Origin: Bacteroidales bacterium
GTDB lineage: Bacteria > Bacteroidota > Bacteroidia > Bacteroidales > ML635J-15
Assembly (NCBI GenBank): GCA_017994175.1
Contig: JAGOLH010000045.1
Location: forward strand, 1 to 24,841
DNA: 24,841 nucleotides
Reading direction: 5' to 3'
The position numbers and the translations under genes were made by a program. This document shows, piece after piece, positions 1 to 7,710 of this stretch. The notes under the pieces are model-generated. The model was not told where the DNA came from and searched no databases. It saw only the letters and a list, made by a program, of their open reading frames with translations. Numbering within the stretch: the first letter of the stretch is position 1; the number at the start of each line of letters is the position of its first letter.

Positions 1-571
1 TTTTCAGTTCTTTCGTCTCGGTAAGCCACGACGTAATGCTTCCTTTTTCCTTGATAACCTCTCCTTCAACAACAGCAATGTACATCCGCTTTTTATCATG
101 CCATTTTTCCTGTAACGCTTCGCGTATGCGCAGGCTTTTGGCAAATACCAATATTCCGGAAGTATCTTTGTCGAGCCTGTGAACGATGAATATCTTATTG
201 TTAGGGTTGCTTTGCTGCATATAATTTCTCAGGATGTGAAACACCGAATTTGTATCGAATTTATTAATAGCATTGGTGTTCACTCCGGGCATTTTGTTAA
301 TCACGATAATATGGTCGTCTTCGAAAATCGGACTGAGATACATGTTCGCCTTCAGCACTGCTTTTGGGGCTTTGGCAATAGTAATTACCGACCCAGTTGT
401 AACCTTACCGACGGCATCTTTTGTGCTTTCGCCGTTAATCAGAACCATTCCTGAAGCAATTAGCTTTTTTATTGACGACTTACTTCTTCCGCGATACATA
501 GTTTGTAGCACTTCCAGTAAGCTGGCATCTTCTTTTACTTTGTAGTGGTCGATTATTTCGTTTTTCGCCAT
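1..571 (-). CDS. RluA-family pseudouridine synthase with an N-terminal S4-like domain. The 3' end is truncated by the window edge.
   Basis: The reverse-strand translation begins MAKNEIIDHYKVKEDASLLEVLQ and contains HRLDKDTSGILVFAK, the HRLDxxTSG catalytic-aspartate motif of RluA/RluD-type synthases. The ATG complement lies at 569-571 directly after an in-frame stop. The ORF runs off the window start, so it is absent from the ORF track. Confidence 0.85.
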   Translation of the reverse strand, partial: MAKNEIIDHYKVKEDASLLEVLQTMYRGRSKSSIKKLIASGMVLINGESTKDAVGKVTTGSVITIAKAPKAVLKANMYLSPIFEDDHIIVINKMPGVNTNAINKFDTNSVFHILRNYMQQSNPNNKIFIVHRLDKDTSGILVFAKSLRIREALQEKWHDKKRMYIAVVEGEVIKEKGSITSWLTETKELK

Positions 572-737
572 TTAATTGAGCATTTCTACCATGTGATTTT
601 CGTCTGCAAGATACAAAAAAACGTAAGAATTTGTATGTTATGACATGCTGCATAGAAATACACGTTTATATAATTAAAAATCTATTTCCTTGTGATATTT
701 TTATTTTTATAATTTATATTTGTACATATTATTCATC

Positions 738-745
738 TAAATTTG
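738..745 (+). promoter_or_regulatory. Candidate Bacteroidetes -7 promoter element (TAAATTTG) upstream of the 753 CDS.
   Basis: The sequence taaatttg matches the TAnnTTTG consensus and sits 7 nt upstream of the ATG at 753. This implies a very short or absent leader. Confidence 0.3.
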
Positions 746-752
746 ATGTATT

Positions 753-1412
753 ATGAAAGCAAAACAATTGATATTATTAGGTTTAACCATACTTGCTTTT
801 ACTGCAAGTGCTCAGGAGGTTAACAATATGGTGGCTGTTGAATTTTCGAAATTCAGCATTATATACAGGGGTATCGAAAATCCTGTTACAATCGTAGCAT
901 CGGGTTATTCTGCCGAAGATCTTAGTTTTTCGGTTACGAATGGTACTATTGAAAGTACGGATACACCTGGTAGTTTAATAATTAAAACTGATGCATTTTC
1001 TGGTTCAATACTTGAATTACATATTCTGGCTAAGGGAACCGAGCTCCGCACGGTGAAATATACAGTTAAGGCTGTTCCGGATCCGGTGTTGCAGCTTGGA
1101 AACCATAAGTCAGGTTCCGCAGTAACGGTTGATGAATTAATTAATACACCTATAAACGCTTATAAAGACCCGAGCTTTGTATACGATGCACATTATTCAG
1201 TAAAGAGTTTTACCATTATCGTCCCTGTGGAAGGGGGAGTGCCTCAGAAATATGAAATTAACGGAAATAAAATTGCCGTTAATCCAGCTGCAGCTGCCGC
1301 TGTCAGGAATAGTTTTCATTCAGGCGATAATATCAATTTTTCAAGTTTTAATATTAATACACCCAATGGATTAAGAGAGAATTTTGTGGGTATTGCATTT
1401 ACAGTTAAATAA
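753..1412 (+). CDS. Hypothetical secreted protein, 219 aa, with an N-terminal signal peptide.
   Basis: The N-terminus MKAKQLILLGLTILAFTASAQ is a typical Sec signal. The body is rich in beta-strand-like, Ig-like repeats. A terminator follows the gene. I do not securely recognise a named family. Confidence 0.6.
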   Translation: MKAKQLILLGLTILAFTASAQEVNNMVAVEFSKFSIIYRGIENPVTIVASGYSAEDLSFSVTNGTIESTDTPGSLIIKTDAFSGSILELHILAKGTELRTVKYTVKAVPDPVLQLGNHKSGSAVTVDELINTPINAYKDPSFVYDAHYSVKSFTIIVPVEGGVPQKYEINGNKIAVNPAAAAAVRNSFHSGDNINFSSFNINTPNGLRENFVGIAFTVK

Positions 1413-1445
1413 CTTCGCAAGGGTTACGATTACAACATATAAAAA

Positions 1446-1472
1446 ACAGACGGGTTTCGGCCGTCTGTTTTT
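1446..1472. terminator. Bidirectional rho-independent terminator hairpin between the convergent 753-1412 gene and icd.
   Basis: The stem is cagacgg/ccgtctg with loop gtttcgg. It is flanked by AAAAAA upstream and TTTTT downstream, so it can terminate transcripts from either strand. Confidence 0.65.
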
Positions 1473-1490
1473 GTAAATATGAACAAGGTA

Positions 1491-2687
1491 TTAAAGTGCA
1501 GTGATAATGGCATCAGCCATTTGTTTTGTTGATGCAGCACCCTGATTGATAACATCGGGAGAACCTTTCATCTTCAGCATGTCGTAAGCGCGAATTTTTC
1601 CGTCAGCAACAACTTTGGCAACAGCCTTGCGTATGCGCTGTGCTTTTTCGTCTTCACCAATATGTTCGAGCATCATCACTGCCGAAAGTATCATAGCAAT
1701 CGGGTTCACTATCGAAACCGGATAGTCGGCATACTTGGGTGCAGAACCATGGGTAGGTTCGAACACGCACACACCGCTTTCGGGGTTAAACTGTGCCGAA
1801 GTGGCAAAACCCAGACCGCCGATCAAACCAGCAAATCCATCAGATACAATATCACCAAACATGTTTCCGGCAACGATTACATGATAGTTTTCCGGGTTTT
1901 TGGTCAGCCACATCATGGTTGCATCTATATTGATATCTTCAACATAAATGTTCGGATATTCTTTCTTACTCATTTCCTGAGCAATTTTCAGCATCATACC
2001 CGAAGTTTCGCGGATAACATTGGGTTTTTCGCTTACGGTAATTTTATCGAAGCCGCGTTTTTTTGCATATTCAAAAGCCGCTTTCACAATGCGTGTGGTA
2101 TATTTTCTGGTGAAAATACGGGTCGAAACGGCGAGGTCTTCGCGTGGGCACCATGCAAAATTGTCGACAAATTTTTTGTGAGTCATCAGTCCGTTGTAAA
2201 CAACATCGGGAGGATTGGTCCATTCAACACCGCCATACAGCCCTTCGGTATTCTGACGGAAAATCATCACATCTACTTCGGGTTCTTCGATGGTGTTGTT
2301 GGCACCGCGACGAATGAAGTTGAGCGGGTTGCCTTTCAGGGTCTGGCATGGACGCATACAGATATCCAGATCGAAATGCTGACGCATCGATACGATGGGG
2401 CTGTAGTAGGTGTAGCCTTTGCCCTGAAGCTCGGGTGCAAGTTCTGCAGCCGCTTTGTCTTTGGGTTTTGAGGTAATGGCTCCAAATAGACCGATTTTAT
2501 GTTCTTCGAGTAATTTGAGGGTACGGTCGGGTAGAGGGTTGCCTTCTTTGCACCAGAATTCCCAACCAATATCACCGTGTACATAGTTTGCTTCAAAACC
2601 GGCAGCGTCGAGCACGCGCAGTGTCTCGTTCAATACTGGTTTTCCGATACCGTCGCCGGGCATAGTTACAATAGTTCTTTTTGCCAT
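1491..2687 (-). CDS. icd: NADP-dependent isocitrate dehydrogenase of the prokaryotic ICD/IMDH fold.
   Basis: Reading frame with stop at 1491 and MAKRTIVTMPGDGIGKPV start. The translation shows DLDICMRPCQ, NMFGDIVSDGFAGLIGGLGFATSAQF and EPTHGSAPKYA, which align to E. coli Icd motifs. I chose the internal Met (MAKRT, complement of 2685-2687) as the start, not the ORF-track start at 2777, because the N-terminus then aligns with ICD proteins. Confidence 0.85.
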   Translation of the reverse strand: MAKRTIVTMPGDGIGKPVLNETLRVLDAAGFEANYVHGDIGWEFWCKEGNPLPDRTLKLLEEHKIGLFGAITSKPKDKAAAELAPELQGKGYTYYSPIVSMRQHFDLDICMRPCQTLKGNPLNFIRRGANNTIEEPEVDVMIFRQNTEGLYGGVEWTNPPDVVYNGLMTHKKFVDNFAWCPREDLAVSTRIFTRKYTTRIVKAAFEYAKKRGFDKITVSEKPNVIRETSGMMLKIAQEMSKKEYPNIYVEDINIDATMMWLTKNPENYHVIVAGNMFGDIVSDGFAGLIGGLGFATSAQFNPESGVCVFEPTHGSAPKYADYPVSIVNPIAMILSAVMMLEHIGEDEKAQRIRKAVAKVVADGKIRAYDMLKMKGSPDVINQGAASTKQMADAIITAL

Positions 2688-2830
2688 AGTTTTCAAGTTT
2701 AATTTTGAGTAAAAATAGTATGATTTGTGTGAATGCAAAACTGTTGTGTAGCATTTATAAACCACCGGATTTGGCAAAAAGCCCGCAACAGATTAAGCGT
2801 TTTTATTTCTTACCAATTACCGCCCCTGTA

Positions 2831-3565
2831 TCATCGAAATCTATAGCCAACTCCCAACCTGACAGCAACTCCAATCGGACCTTGGTGAAAGTCGAAGGTG
2901 GCTGTATTCCGTTGGTTAACTGGCAATACCGGATTATCGGTTTTTATGCTGTTATATTGTGCCGTTACGAGAGCCAACGGCACATTCAGGTCGATAAACC
3001 ATTTCTCGCTAAAAGAGTAAGTTAGCCTGGGAATTACCGAAAGGTAAATGCCTGTACCGGTTTTCGTTACGGGAAATTCCGACGATATCGATGAATTTGA
3101 TTTACTCCACCTGAAAAATGGTGTTGCCGAGAAACCGATTGCGGTTCCAAATTTCTCCCAGTTCTGTTTCTTAAACAATGTTATTGTGTACTCATACCGC
3201 AAAAAACAATTAAAAGCCTGAGCTGTGGAGGCCGATAGCACCTGCGATATTGCGCCGGTCGAATCCACGATGTAATATTCCTTGTTGTAATTGTTATTAT
3301 ACGCCAAACGCGATATTTCCACAGAATGATAATTCCCTTTATCAGTGTTGATTTCGACTGCAGGAGAAAAATTAAACCCGTAAAATTCCCGTTCAAACTC
3401 CGTGTGTATTGTTCCTTCAGAAGGTCCCTGGCCATGTGTAATATAATTTGAGTTTAAATTGAAATTGGAATACAATGCAATCGAAACGGGGTGGGTTGAA
3501 TTCTGGCTGTATACAGTCATACTGATTGCCCCAAGGAGAACCATAAAAATGCAACAAAATTTCAT
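2831..3565 (-). CDS. Putative outer-membrane beta-barrel protein, 244 aa.
   Basis: It has a signal peptide (MKFCCIFMVLLGAISMTVYSQ). Alternating hydrophobic, beta-strand-like segments follow. The C-terminus ends in aromatic residues (GVGYRFR), as expected for a beta-barrel OMP. Confidence 0.6.
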   Translation of the reverse strand: MKFCCIFMVLLGAISMTVYSQNSTHPVSIALYSNFNLNSNYITHGQGPSEGTIHTEFEREFYGFNFSPAVEINTDKGNYHSVEISRLAYNNNYNKEYYIVDSTGAISQVLSASTAQAFNCFLRYEYTITLFKKQNWEKFGTAIGFSATPFFRWSKSNSSISSEFPVTKTGTGIYLSVIPRLTYSFSEKWFIDLNVPLALVTAQYNSIKTDNPVLPVNQRNTATFDFHQGPIGVAVRLGVGYRFR

Positions 3566-3680
3566 AGTAATTATCTTTAGCGAACAGGGTAAAAACGCTG
3601 CATTTATTTAAAATAGTATAGCAGTAAAAATTTTATTTGGATTCGGTGTACATGGCATTATTCACCATAACGTTCCGTAA

Positions 3681-3731
3681 GTAGGCGTATGTAGCCCTGT
3701 GTTGCGCCTGCGGCAGGGCTATTACGCTTAC
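3681..3731. other. Long imperfect hairpin (stem about 18 bp, loop about 14 nt) in a 574 bp intergenic region.
   Basis: The arm gtaggcgtatgtagccctg pairs with cagggctattacgcttac, with one G-U pair and one bulge. A T-rich tract follows on the + strand. There is no adjacent co-directional CDS. Confidence 0.35.
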
Positions 3732-3901
3732 CTTTGACTTTGGTTTTATTTCCAAAATTAAAATAATTTTTAAAGCTCATCAAACGGGGACCTGATATTT
3801 TGTAAACTTTTTGTAGATATGTGTGTGTTTATCTTAATGGTTTTACTGCTCTTATGGCCTAAAATCAGTAAATTATCATTATAAACCAAACCTATTTCCG
3901 T

Positions 3902-3940
3902 TTCAGCCTAACCAGTGCAATGTCGGGCGGCATAACAAAT
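3902..3940 (-). pseudogene. Degenerate remnant of a metallophosphoesterase 3' end (..MPPDIALVRLKRK stop).
   Basis: Positions 3902-3933 match 5066-5097 at 27 of 32 nt. The same minus-strand frame gives MPPDIALVRLKRK-stop here and MPPEITLITLKRR-stop in the intact gene. The stop codon position is conserved. Confidence 0.4.
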
Positions 3941-3980
3941 CTCCTGTGCGTAGCTGAAAAAAAATTATTGGTTTTACCTG

Positions 3981-4003
3981 AAATCTTGCAAATGTGTCAA
4001 GAT
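3981..4003. promoter_or_regulatory. A 7 bp perfect inverted repeat with 9 bp spacer (aatcttg N9 caagatt), candidate operator upstream of the 4140 CDS.
   Basis: The palindrome is read directly from the sequence. It lies about 140 bp upstream of the ATG at 4140 in an AT-rich promoter region. Confidence 0.25.
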
Positions 4004-4139
4004 TATTTCGTATTTTTGAATAAAGTTGTTCATATATTTATGTGTTTGATAATCAGTTAAATATAAGAATTTTTATAATTCAATGAACAACTTATTTTAT
4101 TTATTTTTAAAATGCAAAAGGTATAATTAAACATTACAG

Positions 4140-5000
4140 ATGAAGAACTTACATTTACTAATAATGTTTTTTACAATTACACCTTCTTTTTCGCAAGAAA
4201 TTAGCCTAGGTGATAATTTATACACAGATTTTAATAAAATCTCAGCACCCTATTTTTTTGAAATGAGCAATAATACGGGTTGGATAGAAGGGGAAGGGAA
4301 TTTTTATATTGGAGATATGCCAATTTTGGGTGATTGTAATGTTATTTATATGGCATTAAAAGACACAACATTATTTGGATTATTTGTTAAAAAACCACAA
4401 GCTACTTTTATGTTCGATAGCCAAGGTGATTCCATACTTGATGTTTCTCCAGGGTTTTTTATGCACCCATTTTGGGTTGTAAAAAACAATACAAAAATTT
4501 CACCTGACGATAAGAAAATTATCGAAGTATTTAATAATATATATGAAAAAACCTTGCAATCGGATTATTTTGATAATGCAGATAATCCTTTTAGCGAATT
4601 TGTTAAATATCGAACCGATACCTCATTGTCGAACCGGCATATTGCCTATCTCTTTGAGTATGTGTTATTATCATCAACACCCAGTTCTGAAAATGATACC
4701 CCGGAGTTCGCGAAATTTTCTTTGGATTTAAATCTTTCTTTGGCATCAGAGTGTTTGTCGCTTTTTCATGTGATCCCTGAAATTGTTTATGTTTATTTAG
4801 GTGAAGCCTTTATTGCTTGTGGAATGACTGACAAAGCAATTGAGAATTATGAAATAGCTTTGCAACTCTATCCCGATTGTATCCCTTGTAAAGTTTATAA
4901 TTGTGTTCTAGAAAAAGATTCTGTGAAAAAGAAGGAGAAATCAAAGGAGTTGCGAAAAAAACATCCCAACCACTGGTTAGTAAATGAACTGATAAATTAG
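4140..5000 (+). CDS. Hypothetical secreted protein, 286 aa, with a TPR-like C-terminal segment and a lysine-rich tail. The gene is markedly AT-rich.
   Basis: The signal peptide is MKNLHLLIMFFTITPSFSQ. The C-terminal GEAFIACGMTDKAIENYEIALQLYPDC resembles a TPR motif. GC content looks about 33 percent by eye, against about 45-50 percent for neighbouring genes. Confidence 0.6.
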   Translation: MKNLHLLIMFFTITPSFSQEISLGDNLYTDFNKISAPYFFEMSNNTGWIEGEGNFYIGDMPILGDCNVIYMALKDTTLFGLFVKKPQATFMFDSQGDSILDVSPGFFMHPFWVVKNNTKISPDDKKIIEVFNNIYEKTLQSDYFDNADNPFSEFVKYRTDTSLSNRHIAYLFEYVLLSSTPSSENDTPEFAKFSLDLNLSLASECLSLFHVIPEIVYVYLGEAFIACGMTDKAIENYEIALQLYPDCIPCKVYNCVLEKDSVKKKEKSKELRKKHPNHWLVNELIN

Positions 5001-5026
5001 CCTAAATAGTACCTCATTTAAATTTA

Positions 5027-5042
5027 CCCAAAAGCTTTTGGG
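5027..5042. terminator. A 16 bp perfect palindrome (cccaaaagcttttggg), bidirectional terminator candidate between convergent genes.
   Basis: It is a perfect palindrome sitting between the stop at 5000 (+) and the stop at 5057 (-). Confidence 0.5.
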
Positions 5043-5056
5043 CCTCTTATAATCGA

Positions 5057-6307
5057 CTACCTTCTCTTCAGCGTAATCAGTGTAATTTCGGGTGGCATGC
5101 CGATCCGTCCTTCGAAGGCGATATACCCGAACCCCTGATTAACATACAGGTATTTCCCGTTTTCTTCCGTTAGTCCCGACCAGTTTGGATACAAATATTG
5201 CCCCGGACTCCATTTGAATTTTCCCCATTCAATACCAAACTGGAACCCATGGGTATGTCCCGAGAGCGTAAGCGCCACCGGAACGGGATACGTTTTTACC
5301 TGCCATTCCCAGTGCGAAGGGTCGTGCGACAGCAATACGATAAAATCCTTGTCCGAAAGTCCGTTGAGAGCTTTGGGCAGGTCGCCCTGACGGATGAAAT
5401 TATGCCCCCAGTTTTCGACACCGGCAACATATATCGTGTCGCTGCCCTTCACAATGGCTCTGTGTTCATTTATCAGCACATCGAAGCCAGCCTGCTGCTC
5501 GTGGCGTACCAGTTGAGCCAGATTGGCATCTTTGGCTTCTTGGTTTTTCCATCGCACATAGTCACCGTAATCGTGATTTCCAATAACAGAGAACTTGCCA
5601 AGGGGAACCTGTATATCGCGGAGCACAGGTATCCAAGGCACCGCTTCTTTAGCCAGATTGTTCACCATGTCACCGGTGAAAACGAAAATATCGGGCTTCA
5701 GGTCTTTTATTATTTCAATGCCTTTAATTACTTCGTCGCGGTTGTGGAAGCTGCCTGCATGAAAATCGGATATCTGTGCAATGGTTGTTCCGTCGAAAGC
5801 TGCCGGCAGCTTATCGGAATAGATTGTTTTGCGGGATACCTTATAGTTGCTTCTTTCGAAGAACATTCCGTACATAAAAACACCGATCACCAGCAGGCTC
5901 ACCGACAAACCCGCCACACTCACCCCGAAGCTACGGGGTGGCAGAAACGAACCCAACGTACCTGAAGATATCAGGCTGATGGTGCCGCGGAAAAGCCGCA
6001 CAATATCTTCGAACGATAAAAACAGAATAAAAGCAATCTTGGCGGTGAAATAGATCAGGAAAATATGCATAAAAATCCTGAACATCAGGGTAAATTCTCC
6101 CTTCACCATTACAAAATATCCACCGATAATGGTACCCACAATCACCCCGATCGAAAATATCCGGAACAGGATGATGATAGCCTGCCTTATTCCGGGCTGT
6201 CGTATGGGCAGTATGATGGTTTTTAATCCCTGCAGTACATACCAGTCGGTAAGCAAGCTCAGGATGATGATAAAAATGGGTACGAGTATTCCGTTGTTTC
6301 CCCTCAT
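5057..6307 (-). CDS. Membrane-anchored calcineurin-like metallophosphoesterase (YkuE/Cpp-like) with N-terminal TM helices.
   Basis: Phosphoesterase motifs are present: ISDFHAG, FTGDMVNN, GNHDYGDY, LLSHDPSHW and SGHTHGFQ. The N-terminal 170 aa are hydrophobic. There is a 4 bp overlap with the upstream gene, consistent with an operon. Confidence 0.85.
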   Translation of the reverse strand: MRGNNGILVPIFIIILSLLTDWYVLQGLKTIILPIRQPGIRQAIIILFRIFSIGVIVGTIIGGYFVMVKGEFTLMFRIFMHIFLIYFTAKIAFILFLSFEDIVRLFRGTISLISSGTLGSFLPPRSFGVSVAGLSVSLLVIGVFMYGMFFERSNYKVSRKTIYSDKLPAAFDGTTIAQISDFHAGSFHNRDEVIKGIEIIKDLKPDIFVFTGDMVNNLAKEAVPWIPVLRDIQVPLGKFSVIGNHDYGDYVRWKNQEAKDANLAQLVRHEQQAGFDVLINEHRAIVKGSDTIYVAGVENWGHNFIRQGDLPKALNGLSDKDFIVLLSHDPSHWEWQVKTYPVPVALTLSGHTHGFQFGIEWGKFKWSPGQYLYPNWSGLTEENGKYLYVNQGFGYIAFEGRIGMPPEITLITLKRR

Positions 6308-6966
6308 ACAATCTGTTTTTCGGCAAGCTTATGTACCTGCTCCAGTTCAACAATAGTGATGTTTTTCTCTTCGTTCAGCAGCGCAGCATTGATCATTGCC
6401 GTGGCAAGTTTTTGCGGTGTAATAGGCGTATATCGTTTCAAAATGCTGCATCTGTTCAGGGCTTTCACGGCTTTCAGGGCAAACTTTTCTCCGGCACGTT
6501 GCGGCGAATGTTTTCCATCAATTTGCCCGGGACGTAACATGACACAGTTTTTGAATCCCAATTGCATAATGCTTTCTTCGAGTTCTCCTTTCATTTTCAG
6601 GTAGAAAACACCCGATTTGGCATCGGCACCATACGAACTGATGAGTACGATGCGTCCTACTCCGTTTTCGGCTGCAGCTTTTGCCACAGCAAGCTGGTAG
6701 TGATAATCCACGGTATATTGTGCCTGTTTGCTTCCGGCCAGTTTAAGCGTAGTGCCAAGTGCCGAAAACAGCACATCGCCGGTTATCAGGTGTTTCCATG
6801 ATTCAGGCTTATCAAAATCGACGGTATGCTCCGTAACTTTCTCCGAAACAACCTGAGTTGAGCGGCGTGCAAGAACTGTTATCTCAGTAAAATGAGTGTC
6901 CGACAACAGTTGTTCAAGAAGGCTTGAACCTGTAAGTCCCGTAGCGCCAATGACTAAAGCTTTCAT
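6304..6966 (-). CDS. NAD(P)H-binding Rossmann protein (atypical SDR, NmrA/YwnB-like).
   Basis: The N-terminus MKALVIGATGLTGSSLL carries a GxxGxxG dinucleotide fold. The start was chosen at MKAL (complement of 6964-6966) rather than the ORF-track 7008, because a TAnnTTTG box lies about 20 nt upstream and the Rossmann motif then sits at the N-terminus. Confidence 0.75.
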   Translation of the reverse strand: MKALVIGATGLTGSSLLEQLLSDTHFTEITVLARRSTQVVSEKVTEHTVDFDKPESWKHLITGDVLFSALGTTLKLAGSKQAQYTVDYHYQLAVAKAAAENGVGRIVLISSYGADAKSGVFYLKMKGELEESIMQLGFKNCVMLRPGQIDGKHSPQRAGEKFALKAVKALNRCSILKRYTPITPQKLATAMINAALLNEEKNITIVELEQVHKLAEKQIV

Positions 6967-6983
6967 AACGCAAAAATTTTTTG

Positions 6984-6991
6984 CAAAAGTA
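6984..6991 (-). promoter_or_regulatory. Candidate -7 promoter box TACTTTTG (minus strand) for the NAD(P)H-binding and metallophosphoesterase operon.
   Basis: The reverse complement of caaaagta is TACTTTTG, matching the Bacteroidetes TAnnTTTG motif about 20 nt upstream of the ATG at 6966. Confidence 0.35.
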
Positions 6992-7104
6992 AACCTTATT
7001 GTTAACATTATTTAACAAAATAATGCAAATAATGTTTGATTTAAATTGCGGTTTATATACAAAGGTTTATTATCTTGTGAGATTATTTAAAGACAAGAAT
7101 TACT

Positions 7105-7692
7105 ATGCTGTTAAGTTTCGAAAATTGGTGGCAGGCAATGGAGCTGGCCGAAAAAATTTATTGGTGCATAGCTGTACCATTCAGTGTTGTTTTCATCATT
7201 CAGTTGATCATGACTTTGATTGGCGGCGACTTTGAAGCCGGTGCTTCTACCGGAGATGCTGATGTGGCCGTAGATAGCGATGCCGGTATTGGCTTTCAGT
7301 TTATTAGCATCAAGAATATTGTTGGGTTTTTTACCATATTTGGATGGACCGGTATTGCCTGTAGCGTTGGCGGTCTGAGCGTAATTCTCTCGCTGGTTAT
7401 AGCTCTGGCAGCAGGTTTATTGATGATGCTGATCATGGCCCTGCTGATTTATTACCTGTCGAAGTTAGCCGAAGACGGTTCAATGAAAATGAGCAATGCT
7501 ATTGGAAAAACCGCTACGGTCTATCTTCCTATTCCTGGTAAAAGAGCCGCGCAGGGAAAAGTTCAGCTTACCCTTCATGGTTTCCAGACGCTGGATGCCA
7601 TCACCGACGATGAGGAAGCAATACCCAACGGCACTCTTGTTAAAGTTACCGATATAATCAATAATGAAATTCTTCTTGTAACCCGCTTATAA
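7105..7692 (+). CDS. NfeD-family membrane protein (short YuaF/YqiJ-like form) that partners with flotillin.
   Basis: Hydrophobic helices are followed by a C-terminal OB-fold-like soluble domain (KTATVYLPIPGKRAAQGKVQLTLHGFQTLDAITDDEEAIPNGTLVKVTDI). It lies immediately upstream of an SPFH/flotillin gene. The true start could be the internal MELAEK at 7138. Confidence 0.75.
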   Translation: MLLSFENWWQAMELAEKIYWCIAVPFSVVFIIQLIMTLIGGDFEAGASTGDADVAVDSDAGIGFQFISIKNIVGFFTIFGWTGIACSVGGLSVILSLVIALAAGLLMMLIMALLIYYLSKLAEDGSMKMSNAIGKTATVYLPIPGKRAAQGKVQLTLHGFQTLDAITDDEEAIPNGTLVKVTDIINNEILLVTRL

Positions 7693-7710
7693 AATTAAAA
7701 TCTCACAATT

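Noticed and set aside
753-1412. Tempting annotation as a GldM C-terminal-like gliding-motility protein.
   Set aside because: The resemblance is only a vague recollection of Ig-like repeats. No diagnostic motif is recognised, so the gene is left as hypothetical secreted protein.
1662-2471. A 269 aa ORF on the + strand inside the icd locus.
   Set aside because: It lies entirely antisense to a well-supported icd CDS. Its His/Arg/Cys-rich, low-complexity translation is typical of a shadow ORF.
2688-2777. The N-terminal 30 aa extension of the icd ORF-track model (start at 2777).
   Set aside because: The extension (MPNPVVYKCYTTVLHSHKSYYFYSKLNLKT) is AT-rich promoter-like DNA. Alignment with ICD proteins begins at MAKRTIVTMPGDG.
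5198-5965. A 255 aa + strand ORF antisense to the metallophosphoesterase gene, with a smaller one at 5847-6053.
   Set aside because: These are shadow ORFs of a gene with clear catalytic motifs. No signal, motif or promoter context supports them.
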